Origin: Pseudomonadota bacterium
GTDB lineage: Bacteria > UBA10199 > 2-02-FULL-44-16 > DYJF01
DNA: 64,000 nt
Assembly (NCBI GenBank): GCA_043823065.1
Contig: JBDRBB010000006.1
Coordinates: 96,001-160,000, forward strand
Reading direction: 5' to 3'
The notes below the pieces were generated by a model, which did no database searches, was not told the origin of the DNA, and saw only the letters and a list, made by a program, of their open reading frames with translations. How positions within the stretch are numbered: position 1 is the stretch's first letter; every line of letters begins with the position of its first letter. Made by a program: the position numbers and the translations under genes. Shown here in pieces: positions 50,283-60,348 of this stretch.

Positions 50283-50580
50283 GCAAAGCCCTTTCTAAAA
50301 CTTTCTTCTGAGCTCTAATGCTTTTTAGTTTTTCTTTGAGTTTTTTTCGTTTTGCCACAAGCGATTTATAATAAGCAATATCCTCGTCCGTAACAGCACC
50401 TATATATCGCTGTTTTACCTTACCCACTTCACGATAAGTAAAATACCCATATTTTCTATCTCTAATTTTTCGGACAATAAAGCTACCTTGAGGAAATTCA
50501 GTTAGCTCTTGGGAATATTTCTTTTCCAAGCGCTTAACTGTGGCTAATTCTTCCTTTAATGTTGATAATAATATATTCAT
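50266..50580 (-). CDS. Small basic partner protein of the nucleotidyltransferase
   Basis: PQGSF..Y.YFTYRE.GKVKQRYIG; overlaps the next gene; likely start is ATG 50580. Confidence 0.75.
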   Translation of the reverse strand: MNILLSTLKEELATVKRLEKKYSQELTEFPQGSFIVRKIRDRKYGYFTYREVGKVKQRYIGAVTDEDIAYYKSLVAKRKKLKEKLKSIRAQKKVLERALRGKTE

Positions 50581-50765
50581 TACACTACATTTATTTGTTT
50601 TTACTTTTTGTAGTGTAATGAAATTTAACCAATGAGTCAATTAAAATTACACTACAATTTTATAAAACAGCCATTTGTAGTATAACCAAAAACTATCAAA
50701 TCTGGAGTTCTTTCGCCTTTAGGACTCAGGATTGCCCTGAAAATGCAAAAATTTACATTTTCATA

Positions 50766-50792
50766 GCAACTTTCGCCCCAAATTGCCGATAA
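50766..50792 (+). promoter_or_regulatory. sigma28-like promoter
   Basis: GCAACTTT-N11-GCCGATAA. Confidence 0.7.
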
Positions 50793-50802
50793 TTAAGATG
50801 CT

Positions 50803-52635
50803 ATGTCACCACCTATTAGAGGGACAAATTGGATAAGAGAGGCTTTGGCTAATCACTTTCAAGATGCCAAAATTAATGATTATATTGATCTTAATAATGA
50901 TGGCAGGATTGATCCGAATGAATGTACTGATCTTAATAATGACAATCGGGTAAGTCTTGCTGAATGGCGAAATTTTATAGATATTAATAAAAATTCACTT
51001 CAAAATATTGGTTTTTTCCGTTTTTATTTTCAATGGCATGAACACTTTAGTTTAGGCAATCCCATTCATGATATTTTAGCTATTGAATATGCAAGTGGAG
51101 AAGCTACTCCAGAACAGCTAAATCACGCTTACCAAACTTTAGCCAGAGTTCTTCAAGCAGCGAGAAGAAGAATTGATGGAAACAATCTATCACCCCAAAA
51201 CAGATTAAAAGCTATTTATGATGTTATAACCGAGGTTGGTCTTAGTTATCATGGTGATGCTAATAACGGACTTCTTATTCAAAATATACGCCAAGGCACA
51301 CTCGATTGTGACACCTCAAGCTTCATTGTCTTGGCCTTGGCTCGTGAATATAATTGGCCAGTACACCTGGTACATGTGCCAGAACACATCTTTGTGCGTT
51401 GGGATGATGGCCATGGAATAAGATTTAATATTGATCGACAAGAAATTCATTCTGATCAATATTATATTGAAGAGTTTGAAATTAATCGCCAAGCTATAAA
51501 TAATAGAGCATATTTACAAAATTATACCTATGCTAATCTGCTTGGACTTGTTTACCAAAATGCAGCAAATGAAACACAAGATCCTAGTTTAGGAAATGAA
51601 TTTTTGCGTCAAGCTATAGCACTAAACCCACATTGCCCTACAGTTCATTCAGACTTAGCCCTGAGACTGGGCGGAACAAGTGAAGCACTTGAGCAGGCCA
51701 GAATAGCAACCAACCTTGATCCAGAAGAACCTTTAGCCCTTAGAGCGATTGCTTTTGTAACTTTTCACTCTAACACTGGTGCGCCTATAAATGATTTTTT
51801 TCCCTATTATCAACAGGCAATTGAATTAGAACAAAACCGCCTGCAAGTATTAGGATATTCTAGAAGAAGATATCGCCAATTAGCCAGTCTTTATCATGCT
51901 ATAGCTGATGATCTTGCTCACAGAACATACCTGCAGCGATTAGAAAGAAGATATGGCTTTGATGCGTTTGAGCATTATTCTGCTGATGATATTCAAGACA
52001 CACAAGCATCTGGAGAATATCGCCAGCGAGCTAGACGCTTACTACGAATAAATGAACTATATACTCAAGGTCTAGAAAATTTTGAAAATGGCAAAAATGA
52101 AGAAGCGTTGCAAAGTTTTCAAGAGGCTAGACGACTTGATCCAGATAATCAAGATATCCTCTTTATAATTGGTAGAGCCAATTTTCGACTCAGACATTTT
52201 GCTATAGCCAACCGATATTTTGACATTTATATTGCGCAAAATCCAAATCACTTGTGGGCAAGAGAGTTACGAGGTCTAGCTTATATTGAGCAAGGTCAAT
52301 ATGCTTATGGTCGCCGCGATCTAGAATTTGTACGTGCTAGACACCCAGAATATGAATATATAGATTACAATATAAGCCGTGCCTTCTTTGGAGAAAGAAA
52401 TGTTTCAGCAGCTATCGCTTGTTTACATAATGCCTTAGAACATGATCCTGATAATTTTTGGGTCTATCATCGATTGGGATTAATATATTTTAGACAAGGC
52501 CAAGATGAACTAGCAGTGGAGAATTTTCAAAGATTTTCAGAACTACAAACAGCTCATAGGGCAAGAGCAAGAGCTGAAAATAATAATGAAACCATTGCAC
52601 GCAACCGACCCTTACCTTTTAGATTCATAGACTAA
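50803..52635 (+). CDS. Lysine-depleted EF-hand + transglutaminase-like (SirB1-type) + TPR protein
   Basis: DLNNDGRIDPNE and DLNNDNRVSLAE loops; LDCDTSS..VPEHIFVRW; TPRs; 4 Lys in 610 aa. Confidence 0.8.
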   Translation: MSPPIRGTNWIREALANHFQDAKINDYIDLNNDGRIDPNECTDLNNDNRVSLAEWRNFIDINKNSLQNIGFFRFYFQWHEHFSLGNPIHDILAIEYASGEATPEQLNHAYQTLARVLQAARRRIDGNNLSPQNRLKAIYDVITEVGLSYHGDANNGLLIQNIRQGTLDCDTSSFIVLALAREYNWPVHLVHVPEHIFVRWDDGHGIRFNIDRQEIHSDQYYIEEFEINRQAINNRAYLQNYTYANLLGLVYQNAANETQDPSLGNEFLRQAIALNPHCPTVHSDLALRLGGTSEALEQARIATNLDPEEPLALRAIAFVTFHSNTGAPINDFFPYYQQAIELEQNRLQVLGYSRRRYRQLASLYHAIADDLAHRTYLQRLERRYGFDAFEHYSADDIQDTQASGEYRQRARRLLRINELYTQGLENFENGKNEEALQSFQEARRLDPDNQDILFIIGRANFRLRHFAIANRYFDIYIAQNPNHLWARELRGLAYIEQGQYAYGRRDLEFVRARHPEYEYIDYNISRAFFGERNVSAAIACLHNALEHDPDNFWVYHRLGLIYFRQGQDELAVENFQRFSELQTAHRARARAENNNETIARNRPLPFRFID

Positions 52636-52651
52636 TTGTATAGGTTCAGCT

Positions 52652-53200
52652 TTACTCCCCAAACACCTGGGCGGAAAAGATTTCAATTTTGGTTTTTGGA
52701 TCTTGCCAGGCATTTTCAGGCAAAGATGCTTTAAGGCAAGTGTGTCTAAGAAATGTAATTAGGTCCCAACCATATTCAGTGGCTACTTGCGGCAAGAGCA
52801 CGCCAGAATGAACCCCTCGGCTCATGAGTATTCCATGCCTACCTACTTCAATTTGATTTACATCTCTGATCTCTTGCAAAGGAGATAGAACTGAAATTTC
52901 AATATCAATCTGATTTAGCTCAACAGTAGAAACAGGTGGAAACCTAGGGTCACCAGTTGAAGCAGCAATGGCCATCTCTTGAATAGTTTCTACTAAAGGC
53001 GCTCTGCCTATCATATTACCAATACAACCTCTGAGCTGCCCGCTTTTATGAATAGTAACAAATGCCCCTCGCAACTCACCCAACACTCCTTTCGCCTCTG
53101 GCAAGGGAGGTCTAGTCTGTTTGGTCACCCATTGGATAATTGTATCTCTGGCTAGCTGCAATAAGACTTGTTGTTCTTGCTGAGTAAGTTCTTTAGACAT
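52652..53200 (-). CDS. amrA: AmmeMemoRadiSam protein A (AMMECR1 family)
   Basis: GAFVT..LRGCIG, DPRF, EISVLS, LLPQV, LKA. Confidence 0.93.
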   Translation of the reverse strand: MSKELTQQEQQVLLQLARDTIIQWVTKQTRPPLPEAKGVLGELRGAFVTIHKSGQLRGCIGNMIGRAPLVETIQEMAIAASTGDPRFPPVSTVELNQIDIEISVLSPLQEIRDVNQIEVGRHGILMSRGVHSGVLLPQVATEYGWDLITFLRHTCLKASLPENAWQDPKTKIEIFSAQVFGE

Positions 53201-53223
53201 GTTTACCCCCCGCGACAATTGAC

Positions 53224-53251
53224 CTATAGTCTATAGTCTATAGTCTATAGT
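53224..53251. repeat. Heptamer tandem repeat (CTATAGT)x4
   Basis: Directly visible in the intergenic region. Confidence 0.85.
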
Positions 53252-53310
53252 CAATGGTCTATAATAATATTTGATTTCCCTTTTCCTATCTGCTAGGAAC
53301 TGGCCATCTT

Positions 53311-54741
53311 ATGCTAACTAAGCGGATTTTATCATGCTTTTTTATTTTGGCCTTATTTTTTAGCCAAATATCAATAGCCCAAACTGAACCCTATAAAACC
53401 ATTAATGATACTTTGGTTTTGAACTTGGAAGATTGTCTAAAACTCGCCCTGGAAAACAATCAAAAAGTAGTTGGCGCTGGCTATGCCATTGAAGCTGCCC
53501 AGCAGCAGCTTAAAGAAGCTAATGCTGCTTTTTGGCCTATTCTTGAATATGAATACCGCGTAGCGCCTGTACCCACTGATGCCAGCAGAGCCTTTGATTC
53601 TTTTTTTGAAGGAGAGCTGGCCATGTTCAATAGCTTTAAGTTTAGGGCCATTATGCCTGTCTTTGCCTCTGGCCAATTGAGCACTGCCCGCAAGCTTGGC
53701 AAACACGGAGTGGCTGCTGCTAGGCAAGAAAATATAAAACTGCGTGAGCAGACCATCTATGAAGTTAAACAATTGTATTATGCCATTCAGCTGGCCAGCG
53801 AGCTAGACAAATTACTCGCCAATTCAGTGGAAAAAATTAATTCTAGACTGGAATCAGAAGAGTCAAAAGAAATTTCAGATATCTCGCCTTTTGATCTCTT
53901 AAAATTAAAAGTATTTAAGGTTGAATTGGAAAAACGCCTGGATGAAACCCAGCAAAATAAAGAAATTGCCTTGCATGCCTTAAAAGTTCAAATGGGCCTG
54001 GATGAAAACGCCAAAATTAAATTAAGCAGTGAACTTTTAAAACCTGAAGTAGTTGAACTTTCAACTTATAAAAAATACTTGCAAGCCTCGGCTGAACACC
54101 GTCCTGAATTTAAATTGTTAGAGATTGGAGTTGATGCAAAAAAATTACAATATAAATTGGAAAAACAAAAAATGGGACCAACAGCTGGCGCGGCCTTTTT
54201 TATAGATCTGGGTAGAACCACTGAAGATATTCGGAATGTTGGTTTGACCAATGATTACGATGATCCTTTTAATTTTTCTCGAGCTGGTGCGGGTTTGCAA
54301 ATTTCAGGCAAACTAGACTTTCATGGAGCTACAGCCCGCATCAGAAAAGCCAAGGCTGAATATCTAAAAGCTTCTTATGAAAAAATGATGGCCCGCAACG
54401 GATTGGCTCTGGATCTAGAAAAAGCCTATCGCAAGGCTGAGCGCCAGAAAAACAATGTGAACCGAGCCCAAGAAGCAGAATCCATGGCCAGACAAATGCT
54501 TTTCCTGGCCAAATCTAATTTAGACATTGGCGTAGGCGATGAAGACGATTATACAGACGCCTTGCAATTGGTTTTACTGTCTCGCGGCCAATATTTTCAA
54601 GCAGTTTTTGAATACAATACAGCTTTAGCAGAGTTGGAACAAAAAGTAGGCAGCAATAACTATGAACATCTAACATCTAGACCCAATATCCCTGAATATG
54701 AAATGTTCAACGGCAATAATGGTGAAGAATTTAATTGGTAA
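53311..54741 (+). CDS. TolC-family outer-membrane protein
   Basis: Signal peptide, LNLEDCLKLALENN, OEP-like repeats. Confidence 0.85.
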   Translation: MLTKRILSCFFILALFFSQISIAQTEPYKTINDTLVLNLEDCLKLALENNQKVVGAGYAIEAAQQQLKEANAAFWPILEYEYRVAPVPTDASRAFDSFFEGELAMFNSFKFRAIMPVFASGQLSTARKLGKHGVAAARQENIKLREQTIYEVKQLYYAIQLASELDKLLANSVEKINSRLESEESKEISDISPFDLLKLKVFKVELEKRLDETQQNKEIALHALKVQMGLDENAKIKLSSELLKPEVVELSTYKKYLQASAEHRPEFKLLEIGVDAKKLQYKLEKQKMGPTAGAAFFIDLGRTTEDIRNVGLTNDYDDPFNFSRAGAGLQISGKLDFHGATARIRKAKAEYLKASYEKMMARNGLALDLEKAYRKAERQKNNVNRAQEAESMARQMLFLAKSNLDIGVGDEDDYTDALQLVLLSRGQYFQAVFEYNTALAELEQKVGSNNYEHLTSRPNIPEYEMFNGNNGEEFNW

Positions 54742-54756
54742 TAGGAGAATGCTTAA

Positions 54757-55443
54757 ATGAAAAAACATTTTACCCTCATTATTAGTTCTTTTTTAGTCTT
54801 GTTTTTCAGCGCAAATTTAGCCTTGGCCAACCCCAGCTATTATCCTGCTGGCACGCCAACCAGAGCCATTCAGGACCTAGATGATATGTTGGAAAAATTT
54901 CATATGGGTCAACTGACTGCAGAGCAAGAAGAAGAAAATCGCGAACTAAAAAGAAAGATTATCAAAGGCACTTTTAACATTTATGAACTTTCCAAATTAT
55001 CTTTGGCCCAAAATTGGAACAAAATAAGCGCGCAACAGCAAACCGATTTTGTCCAGCTTTTAACCGATCTCTTGGAAGAAAAAGCTTTGCTTTCCAAAGA
55101 ACAAGTTGCGGTAAAAAGCAAGAGTAGCCGTAAATATACTGTGAATTATAAAGGCCATGTATTTAAAAATGCGGATAAAACAAATGCTTTTGTACGTACT
55201 AGAGTTATTGTTCCTACCGAAAACATTACTATCAACATCAACTATAAATTAAAAAAGAACAACCAAGAATGGCAGATTTACGACATAGTTGTGGATGAAG
55301 CCAGCCTGGTTGATAATTATCGTTATCAATTTAATTCAATAATTCAGAAAAATGGGCATGAAGATTTAGTGCGACGCATGAAAGAAAAACTAGATGATAT
55401 TCGGGCCAAACGAACCAATAATTCTGGAGATGAAGGTGTTTAA
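54757..55443 (+). CDS. mlaC: MlaC/Ttg2D family periplasmic protein
   Basis: WQIYDIVVDEASLVDNYRYQF motif. Confidence 0.88.
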   Translation: MKKHFTLIISSFLVLFFSANLALANPSYYPAGTPTRAIQDLDDMLEKFHMGQLTAEQEEENRELKRKIIKGTFNIYELSKLSLAQNWNKISAQQQTDFVQLLTDLLEEKALLSKEQVAVKSKSSRKYTVNYKGHVFKNADKTNAFVRTRVIVPTENITININYKLKKNNQEWQIYDIVVDEASLVDNYRYQFNSIIQKNGHEDLVRRMKEKLDDIRAKRTNNSGDEGV

Positions 55444-55445
55444 AT

Positions 55446-56861
55446 ATGAAAAAAGCTGCCCGAGCCATTGTCCTCTTAGCAGATGGCGCCCGTTCTGATG
55501 TTTTTTTTGAACTTTTGGAACAAGGCCATTTACCAAACGTTAAGAAATACCTAAGTGATCCAGGCTTGGCCTTGCCAGCAGTTACCAGCTTTCCTTCCAC
55601 CACAGGCCCTGCTTATCTTCCTTTTTTAACTGGCGCTTTTCCAGGTACTTGCAATGTTCCTGGCATCAGGTGGTTTGATAAAAAACGTTATGAAACTAAA
55701 GGTAGGTTTTCCTTTAATCGTTATCGCAGTTATGTTGGCTTGGAAAGTTTTCTCATTGGCAGAGATCTTGCGCCGCAGATAAAAACTATTTTTGAACTCA
55801 CTCCTGATTCTTACAGCATTTTTAATCCAATTGCCAGAGGCTCTGGTTTTAGAAACAAAACCAGATATTCCCGAATTTGGTATTGGTATTATTCCCATTT
55901 AACTGATCATTGGAGCTTGGCAGATGAAGCTGGCCTGAAAAAAACCCTTAAAGTCTTGGGCCAAGGTTGTAAATTTGTGTTTACTGTACTTCCAGGTATT
56001 GATGAATATTCTCATTTAACCCATCCTCGCCATAAAAAAGTAATTGAGCGCTATCTTTGGTTGGACCAGGCTATTGGCCAAATAGCCGAGTTCTTAATCA
56101 AACGCAATAAATGGCAAGATACAGCTTTGTGGTTAGTAAGCGACCATGGGCTTTCCAAAACAGATCAGCATTTCTGTCTGAACACTTTTTTAGAAGAAAA
56201 AGGTTGGCCTGCTTTTTATTATCCTTTGATTTTTAACAAAAAGGGCAAGACCTCAGCTAGCATGGTTTCTGGCAATGGCATGGCTCATATCTATTTCAAA
56301 AACACAAAAGGCTGGGCAGGAAAAATAACTTACAACAAATTAAGAAATTTGATTCCAGATATTTTTGAATCTCTACTGGAACATAAGGCCATAGACATTA
56401 TTGCCTGCCAGGATGATCACAATTCCATTCGGGTCTTGAGTCGTCTGGGCCAGGCAAGAATTAGGCAAGAAAAAAATAAATTTTTCTATGAAACAGATGG
56501 TTCTGATCCATTTGGATATAATAACTTGCCCAATCACAGCCTCTCTGCTCAAGAATTATTGGCAGCAACTTTAAATACTAATTATCCAGATGCGCCTTTT
56601 CAAATTGCGCAGCTTTTTACTTCTGAGCGCACTGGCGATTTGGTGCTTAGCGCAACTCCTGGCTATGATTTGCGCCTGAAATATGAAAACCCTGAGCACA
56701 AGGCTTCGCACGGCTCATTGCATCGCAGCCACATGCTGGTGCCAATTCTTTGTAATCAAGCTTATCTTAAGCGCCCTATGCGTACGGTTGATGTTTTTCC
56801 CACCATATTAGAATCTCTGGGCCTTTCAATTCCTGAATATGTTGAAGGAGAAGCTTTATGA
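55446..56861 (+). CDS. Alkaline phosphatase superfamily phosphodiesterase (NPP-like)
   Basis: LADGAR, FPSTT, DEYSH, SDHG, SHG. Confidence 0.88.
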   Translation: MKKAARAIVLLADGARSDVFFELLEQGHLPNVKKYLSDPGLALPAVTSFPSTTGPAYLPFLTGAFPGTCNVPGIRWFDKKRYETKGRFSFNRYRSYVGLESFLIGRDLAPQIKTIFELTPDSYSIFNPIARGSGFRNKTRYSRIWYWYYSHLTDHWSLADEAGLKKTLKVLGQGCKFVFTVLPGIDEYSHLTHPRHKKVIERYLWLDQAIGQIAEFLIKRNKWQDTALWLVSDHGLSKTDQHFCLNTFLEEKGWPAFYYPLIFNKKGKTSASMVSGNGMAHIYFKNTKGWAGKITYNKLRNLIPDIFESLLEHKAIDIIACQDDHNSIRVLSRLGQARIRQEKNKFFYETDGSDPFGYNNLPNHSLSAQELLAATLNTNYPDAPFQIAQLFTSERTGDLVLSATPGYDLRLKYENPEHKASHGSLHRSHMLVPILCNQAYLKRPMRTVDVFPTILESLGLSIPEYVEGEAL

Positions 56862-57625
56862 AAATTGGGGTATTAGTTAAGCAAGTGCCAGATACAGAAA
56901 CTAAGATTAAAATCAGCAGTGATCAAAAAAATATCGACGAAGCTGGCATCAAATGGGTGATTAATCCTTATGATGAAATTGCAGTGGAGCAGGCGCTAAA
57001 ATTAAAGGAGCAAGTTGGGGGAGAAGTAATAATTATTAGCGCAGGCCCTGCTCGCGCTCAGGAGGCAATTAGGCAAGCTTTGGCTATGGGCGCAGACAGT
57101 GGCATTCATATCAATACTCAAAACGACATTTTAGATGTTTTTGCCACAGCAAATATCTTAACTGCTGCCATTAAGACCAGCCAATTTGAAATAATTTTTA
57201 CTGGCAAACAAGCAGTTGATGATGACAATGCTCAAGTGCATATTGCAGTGGCGGAAAAACTAGGCTGGCCGCATATTTCGCCAGTGGAAAAATTTAGTTT
57301 TAAGGAAAATAGCGTGGAAGTGCAGCGTCCAGTTTCTGGTGGAACCAAGGAAATTATTTCTGTTCCCTTGCCTGTGGTAATTGGTTGTGAAAAAGGACTA
57401 AATGAACCCAGGTATCCTTCTTTACCTGGTATAATGAAGGCCAAATCCAAACCCCTGGAAGAACTTAAAGCTACTGATCTTCTGGAAAATCCGGCAAAGA
57501 AGCTAAATATTTTAAGCTATAGTTTGCCTCCAGAACGTACGGCTGGCAAAATTATTGAAGGTGAACCTGAACAAGCAGCAGCAGAACTAGTGCGATTGTT
57601 AAGAGAGGAGGCAAAAGTTATATGA
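56858..57625 (+). CDS. etfB: Electron transfer flavoprotein beta subunit
   Basis: KQVPDT, NPYDE, GKQAVD, NEPRYP. Confidence 0.96.
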   Translation: MKIGVLVKQVPDTETKIKISSDQKNIDEAGIKWVINPYDEIAVEQALKLKEQVGGEVIIISAGPARAQEAIRQALAMGADSGIHINTQNDILDVFATANILTAAIKTSQFEIIFTGKQAVDDDNAQVHIAVAEKLGWPHISPVEKFSFKENSVEVQRPVSGGTKEIISVPLPVVIGCEKGLNEPRYPSLPGIMKAKSKPLEELKATDLLENPAKKLNILSYSLPPERTAGKIIEGEPEQAAAELVRLLREEAKVI

Positions 57626-58596
57626 GCCATATTCTCATTCTTGCTGAACAGGCAGATGGCAGATTAAAAAAATATTCTAAAGAACTGGCAGGAAAAGCTG
57701 CTGAACTTGCCAAATTAACTAATGCACAATTAAGTGCGGCCATTTTTGCTGAAAACCCAGAAACCAGCGCCAAGGAATTGGGTGATTATGGCGTAAGTAA
57801 AATTTTCACGGTTAGTCATCCTGATCTTACCAATTATTCTGGTGAAGCCTATACCAAGGTTTTTTGCGAGATTATTCAAAAAGAAAATCCTTTACTTGTT
57901 TTAGGCACAGCTTCTAACAATACCAAGGATTTATTTGCCAAAAGTGCGGCGCGCTTAAACACTGGATTGGCTAATGATTGTCTAGACATCTTTTTTAATA
58001 ATGATCGCTATAAATTTAGGCGGCCAGTATTTGCTGGCAAGGCTATTCAAGAATTAGAAATTCAGGGCTCACCTCAAATGGCCACGTTTAGGCCAAACAT
58101 TTTTCCGGTTAAAAAACCTCAAACCAGCAGCGCTGAATTAGTTGTCTTTGAGGCAGACCCAGGAGAGATAAAAGCCAAAGTAAAAAATATCACCCAAGCT
58201 GAAGCTGGACTGGTTGATCTAACCGAGTCAGAGCGCATTGTGTCTGCTGGCCGCGGCATTGCCAAACCAGAAAACTTACCTCTAATCAAAGAGCTGGCTC
58301 AAGAGCTACGCGCCAGCCTTGGCGCTTCACGCGCTATTGTTGATGCTGGTTTTATCTCTCATGATCACCAAGTTGGCCAAACTGGGAAAACCGTAAATCC
58401 TTCATTGTATATTGCTTGTGGAATTTCCGGGGCCATTCAACATCTGGCTGGCATGAGAACCTCCAAGGTTATTGTAGCAATTAACAAGGATCCAGAAGCC
58501 CCAATTTTTTCCAAAGCAGATTATGGTATTGTGGGCGATTTATTTAAAGTGCTACCTGCGTTGACAAAGGAGTTCAAAAAGGTTTTAAAGGAGTAA
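57622..58596 (+). CDS. etfA: Electron transfer flavoprotein alpha subunit
   Basis: GASRA, QVGQTGK, GISGAIQHLAG. Confidence 0.96.
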   Translation: MSHILILAEQADGRLKKYSKELAGKAAELAKLTNAQLSAAIFAENPETSAKELGDYGVSKIFTVSHPDLTNYSGEAYTKVFCEIIQKENPLLVLGTASNNTKDLFAKSAARLNTGLANDCLDIFFNNDRYKFRRPVFAGKAIQELEIQGSPQMATFRPNIFPVKKPQTSSAELVVFEADPGEIKAKVKNITQAEAGLVDLTESERIVSAGRGIAKPENLPLIKELAQELRASLGASRAIVDAGFISHDHQVGQTGKTVNPSLYIACGISGAIQHLAGMRTSKVIVAINKDPEAPIFSKADYGIVGDLFKVLPALTKEFKKVLKE

Positions 58597-58597
58597 T

Positions 58598-60346
58598 ATG
58601 AAATCATTACAGGGTGGAAATTTTTTAATCGCAGCTACAGATAAAACTGATATTTTTATTCCTGAAGAACTCAGCTTTGAACAAAAGGAACTGGCTAATT
58701 TAGCGGCCCGTTTTTCCATGCGCGAAGTTTTTTCCCAATCAGAAAAAATTGAAGAATTAAATTATGAATTGAGCAGAGAATTGGTTCGTAAGGCTGGCGA
58801 GCAAGGTCTGCTTTTGGCTGACATTCCCACCAATTATAACGGCTTAGGGTTGGATAAACTCAGCTCCATGTTGATTTCAGAAAATTTTTCCCATCAAGGT
58901 TCTTTTTCAGTTACCATAAATTGTCATCTGGGTATTGGTACCCTACCTTTACTTTATTATGGAACTGAAGATCAAAAAAAACGTTATCTACCAAAGCTGG
59001 CTACTGGAGAAATAATTTCCGCCTATTCCTTAACTGAAGCAGATGCTGGCACAGATGCCTTATCCATAAAAACCAAGGCCAAACTTGCTGAAGATAAAAA
59101 ACATTATCTCCTGAATGGTGAAAAAGTTTTTTGCACCAATGGCGGCTTGGCAGATTTAATCACGGTTTTTGCCAAAGTGGATGGCGATAAATTCACCGCA
59201 TTTCTGGTGGAAAAAAATTTTCCAGGAGTAGTGATTGCTAAAGAAGAAAATAAAATGGGCATTAAGGGCGCCTCGACCACGGCCATTTCCTTTCAGAACG
59301 CCCAAATACCTGTAGAAAATGTTTTAGGCGAAGTTGGCCAAGGTCATAAAATTGCTTTTAACGTGTTAAACTTGGGTCGGGCCAAATTAGGCGCAGCCTG
59401 TGTGGGCGGCATGAAGCGTTCTTTGGAAATTATGACTTCCTATGCCAACCAAAGATATCAATTCGGCAAACCTATTGCTGAATTTCAGCTTATTCAGGAA
59501 AAAGTAGCTAACAGCGCAGTTAAAACCTATCTGGCTGAATCAATGATTTACAGACTTTGGGGAGATATCGCGCAATTGGACAAACAAGCTCAGGATAAAA
59601 TAAAGTTTCTCCAAGAATTTGCCGCAGAAAGCTCTATGGCCAAGGTCTTTTGTTCTGAAGCTCTGCAAACCATTAATGATAATGCCCTGCAAGTGCATGG
59701 CGGTTACGGGTATATGCACGACTATCCTGTGGAACATAACTTCCGCAATGCCAGAATAAATAGCATCTTTGAAGGCACTAATGAAATAAATCGCCTAATT
59801 ATTTCGCAAGTATTACTTAAAAGAGCTTTGGCTGGCAGATTGCCTCTACTGGAACGTTTGCAAGAAATTTTGGTGGAACTAAAATCTGGACTAGCCCCAA
59901 TTGATGCCAACCAGCCTTTGAGCACCTATATTGATCAAGTGGAAAGACTTAAACGCCTAACCATCTATGTAGCAGGTGTTGCTGCCCAAACCTTTACCAC
60001 TGATCTGGAAAACCAACAAACAATTCTGGCCTTTATTGCTGATTTAGCCACAGCTACCTATACCCTGGAATCTGGTTTAATTCGCTGTTTAAAAGTAATG
60101 ACCATGGAAAATATTGATTCAAAAATCCATGAAGCAGCAATTAAGGTGGCAATTGCTGAGCAAGTTCCTGCCTTAAATACCAGGGCCAGACAAGCTTTGA
60201 TTAATATTGCCAAAGGAAATGAAGCTATTGCTGGCCCGTACTTAAAAGCCTTTGACCGAATTGCAGCTTATTGTTTTACTAATACTTCTTCTCTAAAAGA
60301 GACAATTGCTAAACACGTGCTGGAGAGGGAAATGTATGATTTATAA
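58598..60346 (+). CDS. Acyl-CoA dehydrogenase (long, Bacillus FadE-like)
   Basis: SLTEADAGTD, KMGIKG, QVHGGYGY, IFEGTNEINR. Confidence 0.93.
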   Translation: MKSLQGGNFLIAATDKTDIFIPEELSFEQKELANLAARFSMREVFSQSEKIEELNYELSRELVRKAGEQGLLLADIPTNYNGLGLDKLSSMLISENFSHQGSFSVTINCHLGIGTLPLLYYGTEDQKKRYLPKLATGEIISAYSLTEADAGTDALSIKTKAKLAEDKKHYLLNGEKVFCTNGGLADLITVFAKVDGDKFTAFLVEKNFPGVVIAKEENKMGIKGASTTAISFQNAQIPVENVLGEVGQGHKIAFNVLNLGRAKLGAACVGGMKRSLEIMTSYANQRYQFGKPIAEFQLIQEKVANSAVKTYLAESMIYRLWGDIAQLDKQAQDKIKFLQEFAAESSMAKVFCSEALQTINDNALQVHGGYGYMHDYPVEHNFRNARINSIFEGTNEINRLIISQVLLKRALAGRLPLLERLQEILVELKSGLAPIDANQPLSTYIDQVERLKRLTIYVAGVAAQTFTTDLENQQTILAFIADLATATYTLESGLIRCLKVMTMENIDSKIHEAAIKVAIAEQVPALNTRARQALINIAKGNEAIAGPYLKAFDRIAAYCFTNTSSLKETIAKHVLEREMYDL

Positions 60347-60348
60347 AG

